This document shows positions 44,241 through 52,976 of a DNA stretch of 64,000 nucleotides, in pieces; positions within the stretch are counted from its first letter, which is position 1, and every line of letters begins with the position of its first letter. Source of the DNA: a virus (taxonomy: Duplodnaviria > Heunggongvirae > Uroviricota > Caudoviricetes); the IMG/VR virus record IMGVR_UViG_3300042270_000314; one strand, written 5' to 3'. The position numbers and the translations under genes are program-made. The notes under the pieces were generated by a model. That model was not told the DNA's origin. It made no database searches and saw only the letters and a list, made by a program, of their open reading frames with translations.

Positions 44241-45260
44241 TTAAATCCTATACATATCTAAAATTGTTTGGTTGATAAGCTTGTGATTCACAGTTGTTTT
44301 GTTATGGATAGATTCTAATTTAAGTTTTACTGTTTGTAAACCATCATCAATAAGATTCCCCACTTCTTCTATAGAAATTTTCCCATACTTGATATCTTTT
44401 AAAAATTCTCTATCAGCAAGTGGATATTTAATTTTCCCAGTATCAAGTAATTCAATAGCTTGTAAAATGCAGCGATAGGAATGATGTACTGCTTTCCAAT
44501 CTGTGCCATCCATTGCTTTCTTGGATCTTTCTCCGTATCTTTCTAATTCTGATTCTAATCTACGGAAAAATTCCCCAACTGAAATATCTAAAAGATGAAC
44601 TTTACCACCAATGCGAATTGCTTTTCTTCCGTCCTGGCATACTTCATATTTGCAAAAAATTGTGTCAGCGCATTGTTCAAGGATTTTTTCATAAATTTGT
44701 TCAAGTTTATATTCAATATAACCATCCATAGATCTGTTCTGAGGAAGCTTTGAAATTTCTTCTTTTGTTACTTCATAAACCTTTGTAAGTTTAGCAGCTC
44801 GGCTTCCTTTAAGATTGTAACGATCTGACATACTAACGACATAACCTAAAACCCCTCTCATATTTGACATATCAAAATATTCTGTAGGGGAACTAAAAAT
44901 TCTATACATTAAACGATTTTTGTAAAGAACAGCATCTTTATTTGTAAAAGAATATAAAATGTCAATAGCATTTGTATCACCTTGTCGAAGAAGATCCAGG
45001 AAGAATTGAATAGACCATCCTTGGCAATCAATATCTTCAGATGAATTTGCTTTCTTATCACTAGATGTATTCATATTCAAATTTCTTGATGCAATACCAA
45101 AAACACAGTCTTCCAAAGATGGTTTAAAAATAAATTTTACATCAGTATCAGAATTTTCATTATCTGTACCATAAAGCTTAGATCCCATCAAGGAAACATA
45201 AAGAAGTTCATATCCTTTAGGGAGATTTTTATTGATTGTTTCGAGGATTTTTTCTTTCAT
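44241..45260 (-). CDS. Pol-beta-superfamily nucleotidyltransferase
   Basis: GSKLYGT...SDTD, DWKAVHH.YR. Confidence 0.8.
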   Translation of the reverse strand: MKEKILETINKNLPKGYELLYVSLMGSKLYGTDNENSDTDVKFIFKPSLEDCVFGIASRNLNMNTSSDKKANSSEDIDCQGWSIQFFLDLLRQGDTNAIDILYSFTNKDAVLYKNRLMYRIFSSPTEYFDMSNMRGVLGYVVSMSDRYNLKGSRAAKLTKVYEVTKEEISKLPQNRSMDGYIEYKLEQIYEKILEQCADTIFCKYEVCQDGRKAIRIGGKVHLLDISVGEFFRRLESELERYGERSKKAMDGTDWKAVHHSYRCILQAIELLDTGKIKYPLADREFLKDIKYGKISIEEVGNLIDDGLQTVKLKLESIHNKTTVNHKLINQTILDMYRI

Positions 45261-45415
45261 ATTTGTCCTTGCTCCTTCTTGCTATTTCCCAGGCCTCTAT
45301 TTGTGTATTTGCATACCCATAATCAATTTCTAAAAAAGTTTCATATTCATAAACTGTCCAGAAAAATTCCCCATGTTTATCCTTAGGACAATGTTCCACT
45401 GTTATACACAACTTT

Positions 45416-45766
45416 CTAAACATCGCAAATACACCATTTTCCGTCATCTTTACATTCAACTTTCAATTTGTAATCTTTCATAGATTCATCAACGGCTGCT
45501 TCTATAATTGCCATCTTTCCCGATTTCTTCATAACCTCTAAACGTAACCAAGATTTAAATTCTTTTGTATTGACGCACTTCTCAAAGGCATCTCTTTTAT
45601 TCTTGTGTCGTGAACGAGAAGCCTGTGAATACCCGTGAGATCCACTAGGTCTATGAAAACAGTGAACAGCTGAAGAAGTTTTATTTACTTTTTGGCCACC
45701 ACTCCCCGACGCTCTAGTATATGACCATTCAAAATCATCCGCAGTTAAAGAAAATAGTTTATCCAT
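45416..45766 (-). CDS. class I release-factor-like GGQ-domain protein (ArfB-like)
   Basis: RASGSGGQKVNKTSSAV...H.PSG...SRS..KNK; lacks stop-codon recognition domains. Confidence 0.85.
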   Translation of the reverse strand: MDKLFSLTADDFEWSYTRASGSGGQKVNKTSSAVHCFHRPSGSHGYSQASRSRHKNKRDAFEKCVNTKEFKSWLRLEVMKKSGKMAIIEAAVDESMKDYKLKVECKDDGKWCICDV

Positions 45767-46027
45767 TAATCTTTATCCTCCACCATATAATTTGTAAAAA
45801 AGGTTGCTTTTATAGCAACCTTGGACCCAATCTTAGGTTTATACCAATCATCATAACGATATATAATAAATACCCGTGTACAGTTACAACCATCATCATT
45901 GATTTCAACAGTATAATGAGAAAACCCGTCTTTCGATTTTTTGATTTCTCTGTTTTGAAGTGTGCCATATCCAATAAGATCACTACACCCCATAAGAAAA
46001 CTCATAACAACGATTAAGATAAGTATC

Positions 46028-46465
46028 TTAATTAATTTCATAATTTTTCTCACCATACAGATACCTTAACATTTTACTTTTCACATCCACATTGGGAATT
46101 CTTCCATCATGTACAGTATCAAACCCCATGATTTTTCCAACCTCTACAACCGCCCCTGATCGGCAAAGACCCGCCGTACAATGAACAAGAACATTGTGGT
46201 TTTGACGCAAAGCATTGTCGAGAATTTCTACAAGACAATTTGCCTGTTCTTGTGTAATGGGTTCAAGTAAACGTCCGTTATAATTTGTTTTACATAAGAT
46301 GTCATAAAACTTAAACTGGTAAATTTTTATAAAACGATCATAATACCTTGGTGTAGGAAAAAATGTATCTGGATCGGTTATTTGAATAAGTATAGAATCT
46401 GATGGTTTCAATATATGATTACCATTTATTATATTAATACGAGGAACATTTTCTATATATGGCAT
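46028..46465 (-). CDS. cysteine-based protein phosphatase (PTP/DSP-like)
   Basis: VLVHCTAGLCRS. Confidence 0.8.
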   Translation of the reverse strand: MPYIENVPRINIINGNHILKPSDSILIQITDPDTFFPTPRYYDRFIKIYQFKFYDILCKTNYNGRLLEPITQEQANCLVEILDNALRQNHNVLVHCTAGLCRSGAVVEVGKIMGFDTVHDGRIPNVDVKSKMLRYLYGEKNYEIN

Positions 46466-46512
46466 TCGTAAAACTCCTTTTTAATAAAGGACAAACAATC
46501 ATGCTGGATGTG

Positions 46513-46671
46513 TTAATTGCGTATATTTTCGTTAACCCATTTGCGGGACTCGGCAACAGACTTTGCCCACACCTGCGACAAAACAGGGTGCCCGCGCACT
46601 GCGTCCCAACCGCCTCGATCAACAAGCACCTTAATCTGTTGAATCTGATCTTTGGTCATTCCTGTGTACAT
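46513..46671 (-). CDS. small GC-rich hypothetical early protein (52 aa)
   Basis: MYTGMTKDQIQQIKVLVDRGGWDAV...; AGGA RBS and upstream early promoter; not in track. Confidence 0.5.
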   Translation of the reverse strand: MYTGMTKDQIQQIKVLVDRGGWDAVRGHPVLSQVWAKSVAESRKWVNENIRN

Positions 46672-46708
46672 AGTGCCATCCTAGGTTATTTGTTGTTTAT
46701 TGAATTTA

Positions 46709-46737
46709 AAAATAACAAAAAAGAGGATCCTTGTAAA
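46709..46737 (-). promoter_or_regulatory. sigma70-type early promoter
   Basis: TTTACA-17-TATTTT. Confidence 0.6.
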
Positions 46738-46775
46738 CAAGAACCCTCAAATAAATTGTTAATTAAAATAAATGG

Positions 46776-48422
46776 TTATGAAATAGTTTGATTATTTGTC
46801 ATTTGTTCGATCATGAGATCAAGACTCCCCGATACTGAATCATTATCCCCATCATATGCTGTAAATTCTACATTTAATTGTGGGTCTAGATCAGTAGCTT
46901 CATTATATAAATCTATTGATGGAACTGTCATTTTACCCACTTCACCTGTTACTTCGATCTTATCGATGTAATAACCATCTGGCGCATTAACATTAAACAG
47001 ATCATTTGACGTGCCATCTGTAGTACTACCATCTGTAAACCAAGCTTTCCATGATACTAAATCGCTATCTTGATTTTCTTTACCTAGATATACAGTAGCT
47101 CCATAGAAGTTATCAACATCTCCTGATAGTCCTTCATTATCAAATTCAAATACTAAAATTTCATGTGGTTCTATATTGTTATTATCAACACCCATACCCT
47201 GTGCAGAAGGATTTACCAAATCTCTATCACCTTCAGCAGAGAACTTGATTGCATAACCATCACCTTCATATTTACTGAAAAACCCATCTTCCGTAATATA
47301 ATAATGATCTTCAGGACCACCAGCATTACCCTTTACTTGGAAAGAAACTAACTGGGAATTATTATCAAACAATTCAAACTGTTCAAAGTTATAGGTACCA
47401 TCATCAAATGCTTTTAATTCGAATACATCTTTGTCTTCTGTAAATCCATAGATTGTACTTCCTCTAATTTCATAATCAACAGGAAGTCCATCAACAAACA
47501 AATCATGCCCGGTAACATCATTCCAGATTACATGAGCATTATCAACATCTGCTCCAATCTTTGCAAGAGTAGTATCAGTAATGAATAGTTCTGGAGAATC
47601 ATCTTCAACGTCAATAGTAATTGAACTTGTTACAAGAAATTCACCATCGCTTGCATTAACACCTACGTTAAATGTAAACACATCTTCAATATCCGGATTA
47701 GGATGATCAATCTGCCCAGACTGTGTTACAGTGTAATTACCTTCAAAATCAATAATAACTTTGATAATTTCAGTTCCATTAGCAGAACCAATTAGTGTTG
47801 TTCCATCACTTGATAGATTCCAATCTAAAAGAGCACCACTTGAATAAACATCACTATCTGGTTCTACAAGAGAAAGAATGACAATGTCATTATTAGGATC
47901 AGATACAGATAATTTTCCTGTGTATGTATTTGCGTACGAATCAGAATCTACATTTGCATCATCTAAACCCTCATCAGATACAATAGCATATCCTTTACCA
48001 AGTTCTGGAGCTAGATTTTCTGGTTCTTCTGGTTCCTCAGGGTCAACAGGAGGTTCAATGATTAATGTTTCTTCATCTAACAATTCTTCAGCATCAGAAG
48101 CTTCAATTGGTTCAATGAGAAGTGTATCAAAATTTCTTGGATCTAGTCCATTCAACTTGTCAACACCATCAATCAAATTACCAGGATCGTCTATATATTC
48201 ACTTACGCCACTTCCCATAGCACCTTCACCAGGACCTGCGGCAGGTTCAATATCAATATTTTGATCTGATAATAGTTGTAGAATTTCTTCTACTGTAATT
48301 ACAGTACCATCTTCAAGAACAATATCTTGAAAATTTTCAATATCTGTAAAGTCAATATACACTTCATCTCTAGGGAATTTTAAAAGAACCCCATTTTCGG
48401 TTTCTTGGAGGTTAATTTTCAT
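46776..48422 (-). CDS. acidic RTX-adhesin/T1SS-143-repeat-like protein
   Basis: IEPAAG, G.YTVTQSGQIDHP, TIDVEDDSP, TAYDGDNDSVSG..L; very Asp/Gly-rich. Confidence 0.65.
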   Translation of the reverse strand: MKINLQETENGVLLKFPRDEVYIDFTDIENFQDIVLEDGTVITVEEILQLLSDQNIDIEPAAGPGEGAMGSGVSEYIDDPGNLIDGVDKLNGLDPRNFDTLLIEPIEASDAEELLDEETLIIEPPVDPEEPEEPENLAPELGKGYAIVSDEGLDDANVDSDSYANTYTGKLSVSDPNNDIVILSLVEPDSDVYSSGALLDWNLSSDGTTLIGSANGTEIIKVIIDFEGNYTVTQSGQIDHPNPDIEDVFTFNVGVNASDGEFLVTSSITIDVEDDSPELFITDTTLAKIGADVDNAHVIWNDVTGHDLFVDGLPVDYEIRGSTIYGFTEDKDVFELKAFDDGTYNFEQFELFDNNSQLVSFQVKGNAGGPEDHYYITEDGFFSKYEGDGYAIKFSAEGDRDLVNPSAQGMGVDNNNIEPHEILVFEFDNEGLSGDVDNFYGATVYLGKENQDSDLVSWKAWFTDGSTTDGTSNDLFNVNAPDGYYIDKIEVTGEVGKMTVPSIDLYNEATDLDPQLNVEFTAYDGDNDSVSGSLDLMIEQMTNNQTIS

Positions 48423-48479
48423 AACTTCTCCCTCCTTTGTTTTTATCATATATAACTATTTAATAAATTGGAAACTCTC

Positions 48480-48487
48480 TATTTATA
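48480..48487 (-). promoter_or_regulatory. T4-type late promoter
   Basis: Intergenic TATAAATA upstream of the adhesin-like gene. Confidence 0.55.
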
Positions 48488-48519
48488 TAAAAAAATTTTA
48501 TTTAATTATATTAAGTACT

Positions 48520-48672
48520 TAGAAAACCTTAGAAATCCCTTAATGTTTTATACACCTTTTTTCATAGTTTTCTGCAGTTTTCTTATAAGTTGTTGATATT
48601 ATTAGGAAAACTAAGATTTTGGTGGATTTCTAAGTTATTGAAATCATTAGGTTTCCTAAAAACTCGAGATTT
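48520..48672 (-). repeat. Dispersed repeat, copy C
   Basis: AAGTTGTTGATATTATTAGGAAAACTAAGATTTTGGTGGATTTCTAAGTTATTGAAAT shared with copies A and B. Confidence 0.8.
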
Positions 48673-49619
48673 TACAAATATTTTCGAAGAATTTCCACAA
48701 CATGCTTTCCGCCATTAAAAATATACTTCTTTTCTTCTGGGGTAACATCATCTCCAATATTATATTCTTTGAAAAAATCTTTTTTAGCATCTTCAAGAAC
48801 TCATTTTACATAATCCCCAATCTGACTGGGCTCACTAATTTCACCTTCCTTGCTAAAAACTGAAAGAACTCTATTTTCATTAATTAGTGTGTTGAAATAT
48901 GCTTTAAGTTTATTTACAGTAATGGAGTAATCTTTATTCTTAATTTCTCTAACCTTGGTCTTCTCCTTAAATTTCTCACTTTTCATTTTTAGATAAAATG
49001 AAGAAGTAATATTCCAGGGCTTGATGACCCATCCTTCTGCATGATCATTTGTTGGACTAAACGCAGATTCAAAATCTGGATTAATAGTTAATGCTTCTTC
49101 TAGAGAAGAATATATATGCACAGGTTTAACATATAGATTATTCATTGAAGTCAGATATTCAATATGATCCATAATACCACAAAAATCTTTTTGCGCTAAA
49201 TATTCCCCATTAACTCTCATATCAAAGAAAGTTAAATACTTTTCTTTTCCATAATTGATTCGTTTTTGAATGCCATAACCATATAATTCCCCATAAACAT
49301 TAAGCATAACATTTGCATCATTAGCATATATTTGAAGCTGTTTAATAGCAGGGGTGTATTTTTTAATGAGCTCAGGAAGAGATGCCCCTTGAAAGTTTGA
49401 TTCCTTATTTAACTTATTAGATCTTGAAGCAATTTCAAAGCTATCCATCATATCATCAAATGTATAATTCCCTGGATAAATTATAAATTGCAGGTTAGAT
49501 CCGTCTAGTTTTTCAAATACACCATACCTACACTCTTTCAATAGAGGATTATATTGAAATTCTCTGTCAATATGCTTTTGTTGGTAGCTATTCTCAATTT
49601 CACTATATTTAATAAACAT
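48672..49619 (-). CDS. rnlB: RNA ligase 2 (Rnl2-like); in-frame TGA at 48801-48803
   Basis: KYSEIEN, EKLDGSN, YGELYG, FFDM, AEGWVIKP, KMKSEKFKE; read-through adds the C-terminal helical part. Confidence 0.82.
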
Positions 49620-49640
49620 TATTCTTACTCCTTTATCTTA

Positions 49641-49669
49641 AAAATAATAAAACTACTTGTCATTGTAAA
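49641..49669 (-). promoter_or_regulatory. sigma70-type early promoter
   Basis: TTTACA-17-TATTTT. Confidence 0.65.
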
Positions 49670-49672
49670 CAA

Positions 49673-52228
49673 TTAAAAGAAGAAATTTAATGTTTCAGCA
49701 TTTAGATCCAGAAGATGAAGTTTTCCACATGGTTCAAGAAGCATTTCAATTTTTTTAATAAAGAATTTTTCAATCATTTTTTCAATATCAGGCTGAACAC
49801 ATTTAAGTTCTTTAGGATATTTAGATGAATATGTCAAAGTTTCAAAACCATAAGAATTTGGTAATAGGTAAATAACTTTGCTTTTTTCACCTTCAGTAAT
49901 TTCTTGATATTTGTCTTGGAGTCCAAACTTATTGATTAGAACCTGATGCGCATAGACACCCTTAACATGCCACGGACATCCTTTGACAGGCCCATCTGGT
50001 CCAAGATATTTTTTAATATTATTTACACCAATATTACCCGAAATATCTTCAAATGGAAGTTCACGAATTGCTTTTTTATAACTAATAATTTTGGATCTAA
50101 TATTCGAATCTTCTTCATTCTTAAGAATACATGTCATTACATCTTTAAGCATTTCTTTAATGGGTTTAGATGTTTCTGATCTAATAATGTCTAATCCAGT
50201 AACTTTAATTTTATCAACAGTCTTTCCTTCTTCATTTACTACCCAACATCCATATTTCTTCTTCTGCACTAATAGAACAGAAGGGCATACAATCTCCTGT
50301 TTCCAATTAATTGTATATTCCTTTTCTTGAGATGCAAAATGTTGATTTTGAATAATATTAAACGAATAATCATTAATAACTTTTTCAAGTTCTTTACAAA
50401 TCTTTAAAATAAAATTTACTTTTTCTTTATTTGATTGTAGTGAATTAAATTTGGATTGTAACTCTTTATTAGAATTGATGTATTTACCTATGCCCAGGAA
50501 ACAACTGTCAGTATCCTGGTAAAGAACAAAATCTAAATCTTGTGTATTACATTTTTCATTAAAATAACTATTAATAAAAGATGCAGAATTTTTTAATATA
50601 TGTCTGCCACATGCAGTAATTGCTTCTGCAATTCTAAGATTATATAATCTAAAATATGGTGTACTTAGTGCGCCATAAAGACTATTAAGGATACCAACCT
50701 TTACTGCTAACTGTGTAGTATTAAGTTCTGCAATCTTGTTTTTATCACCATCTTCCTTTTTCAATTGTAACATCTTATCTTTTGTATCTTTTCTTAACTT
50801 GAAAAAGATTTTTTCAATAATAGTTACAACACCCTGTTTAGTGTTTTTAAACACAGCACCATTTGGTGCAATAGAAAATGTACCTTTCTTAAGTAATGTA
50901 TTGAATATTTGAAGTTCTTTACCTGTAAGTTGCTTAATTTCTTTCTCAGGGCTCTCCAATGATATAACAGGAAATTCTCTTTTAGTTGTATAATCAATAA
51001 CTTCCTGTTCAGTTAAATTAACAATGCACCCAAAATAAGTTTCAGGACTCATATTTAAAGTAATAATATTATGTGGGTACATTGAAGTTACGTCAATATC
51101 TACTACCCATTCATGTAACCCTCTATCTGGTTCTTTGACAAAAGCAGCTTCAAACCATTCAGTCTTTCCCCCTTTAAGCTTAGGAGCACATAGATTATTT
51201 CTTCTATAATATGTTAAGAATATTCCTTCAAGGACATTTGTAACTTTATCATAAAATTTCATTGGGCATCTTGAAATCATACTAATAGTCTGAATAAGAT
51301 AAAGATACTTGAGTTTGTTTTCAAGTTTATAAATTAGCTTAACATCCTGAATATTATAGTCAACATATCTTTCCCAATCATTCTCAAAAAGCTCTTTTAA
51401 AGAACCATCATATTCTAACTTTGATTCTTTAAGTTCATTCTTAGCAATTTGGTCAAGCTTATATGATTCTGGGTTAGAACGAGTATATCCTTTATAAACA
51501 CTCATGTAATCTAGAACTGAGATTCCTGCAAAGTCAAAATTCAATCCAGAACCATCTTTCTTTTCCCAAACAGAATATTCCATAATAGGGGAAATTTTTC
51601 TGAACATTTTATTACTTTCACCAAAAAGCTTCTTACATCTGTAATACAGATATGGAATATCAAATCCATCAATATTCCATCCAGTAAGAATATCAATATC
51701 TGCTTCTTTATACATGAAGTCAAAAAAATCTCTCAAAAGAATTTCTTCAGTAGAACAGTAGGTAAAATTCTTTTTATGTTTTCCTGTATATGGTTTGATT
51801 CCCCAAGTTTTTGTACATCCATTAATATCGATTGAAATAGCTGTAACAACCCCTTCTGCTTCCTCAGGGGTTGGGAATCCCTTATCAATATTCACTTCTA
51901 TATCCAGACTTCCAATTCTTAGATCTGGTCTATATAATTCATCATCAGGGATATCATAATATCGCTCTGCTAAAAATTGAAGCTCTGGTTTTACATGATC
52001 TTCATACTTCTTAATAGATTTCTCGTCATTGAATGTTTTATATTTTTGGTAGTTTTGGAATTCAAGTTTCTTTACAGGAACATCATCAATACTTTTGATT
52101 GTTCCTTCTTTATCTGGAACAAAAATATAGGGAACCCAATCAATTTCAGTTGACATTCGTTCCCCGTTAATGGTTTCCCAAAGAGTAATCTTGCTTGATT
52201 TATAATCAAAATGAACATTTCTAAACAT
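49673..52228 (-). CDS. 43: family B DNA polymerase (T4 gp43)
   Basis: LDIE exonuclease I, GWNIDGFD, DVTSMYP, K..LNSLYG, YQDTDS, KKKY. Confidence 0.95.
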   Translation of the reverse strand: MFRNVHFDYKSSKITLWETINGERMSTEIDWVPYIFVPDKEGTIKSIDDVPVKKLEFQNYQKYKTFNDEKSIKKYEDHVKPELQFLAERYYDIPDDELYRPDLRIGSLDIEVNIDKGFPTPEEAEGVVTAISIDINGCTKTWGIKPYTGKHKKNFTYCSTEEILLRDFFDFMYKEADIDILTGWNIDGFDIPYLYYRCKKLFGESNKMFRKISPIMEYSVWEKKDGSGLNFDFAGISVLDYMSVYKGYTRSNPESYKLDQIAKNELKESKLEYDGSLKELFENDWERYVDYNIQDVKLIYKLENKLKYLYLIQTISMISRCPMKFYDKVTNVLEGIFLTYYRRNNLCAPKLKGGKTEWFEAAFVKEPDRGLHEWVVDIDVTSMYPHNIITLNMSPETYFGCIVNLTEQEVIDYTTKREFPVISLESPEKEIKQLTGKELQIFNTLLKKGTFSIAPNGAVFKNTKQGVVTIIEKIFFKLRKDTKDKMLQLKKEDGDKNKIAELNTTQLAVKVGILNSLYGALSTPYFRLYNLRIAEAITACGRHILKNSASFINSYFNEKCNTQDLDFVLYQDTDSCFLGIGKYINSNKELQSKFNSLQSNKEKVNFILKICKELEKVINDYSFNIIQNQHFASQEKEYTINWKQEIVCPSVLLVQKKKYGCWVVNEEGKTVDKIKVTGLDIIRSETSKPIKEMLKDVMTCILKNEEDSNIRSKIISYKKAIRELPFEDISGNIGVNNIKKYLGPDGPVKGCPWHVKGVYAHQVLINKFGLQDKYQEITEGEKSKVIYLLPNSYGFETLTYSSKYPKELKCVQPDIEKMIEKFFIKKIEMLLEPCGKLHLLDLNAETLNFFF

Positions 52229-52244
52229 TTTAACCTCCTAAATA

Positions 52245-52288
52245 AAAATAATATAGATGATCTATTATGTAAACAAATCATCTATATT
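52245..52288 (-). promoter_or_regulatory. Early/middle promoter of gene 43 embedded in an inverted repeat
   Basis: TTTACA(52273-68)-17-TATTTT; arms AATATAGATGAT (52250-61) and ATCATCTATATT (52277-88). Confidence 0.6.
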
Positions 52289-52298
52289 ATTAAAATTA

Positions 52299-52976
52299 TT
52301 AAATTTGTTGAACTAAATCTAATTCTTCTAAAGTATTAAATGATCTAGCCTTTTCAAAAGTAACTTCAACTATTTCGCCATCTATTAAATCAAAATTAAA
52401 AATATCCAGAAAGCTTATTTCTGTTCCTTTTTCATATTTAAACTTTTTGATTTTAATAAGACTCTTTAGAGCTTTTACAACATCTCTCTTTTTAAATAAA
52501 AACAATGACATATCATGATATCCAGTACCTGAAGTGTCATCCCCAAGTTTAGAAAATTTGATGTTAGTAATTTTTCTTTCCTCTGTTTCAATTTTTACAT
52601 AGGGATTCTCCTCGATAACTACAGGCATAAGAAACTTATTGTTATAAGAATCTAAGCAATGTTGAATAACAGAAGAAGATTGGATAGAATCGCCCCATGA
52701 CAAAAATACTAAATCTGTATTTTTGATAGGAAGCTCAAGTAGTGATGTTAATGCTGCTTCACCACAGCCATATCCAGATTTAATAGGAACAATTTCAAAA
52801 TGAGGATTCTTGAATTTTGAAAAGAATACCAAATTTGAAAATGAACACATTAGAAAAATTTTATCAACTTTTCCTTTAAATGCATTTATGTTTTCATTTA
52901 GAGCATATAGAGCTTTAGGGATATTTGACTTAAATCTTGTTTGATTTCCTGCTGCTAAAATAATAGCATATTTCAT
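52299..52976 (-). CDS. sugar-phosphate nucleotidyltransferase (NTP_transf/GlmU-N-like)
   Basis: IILAAGNQTRFKSNIPKAL, GCG.A, WGD, FNT.EEL. Confidence 0.85.
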   Translation of the reverse strand: MKYAIILAAGNQTRFKSNIPKALYALNENINAFKGKVDKIFLMCSFSNLVFFSKFKNPHFEIVPIKSGYGCGEAALTSLLELPIKNTDLVFLSWGDSIQSSSVIQHCLDSYNNKFLMPVVIEENPYVKIETEERKITNIKFSKLGDDTSGTGYHDMSLFLFKKRDVVKALKSLIKIKKFKYEKGTEISFLDIFNFDLIDGEIVEVTFEKARSFNTLEELDLVQQI

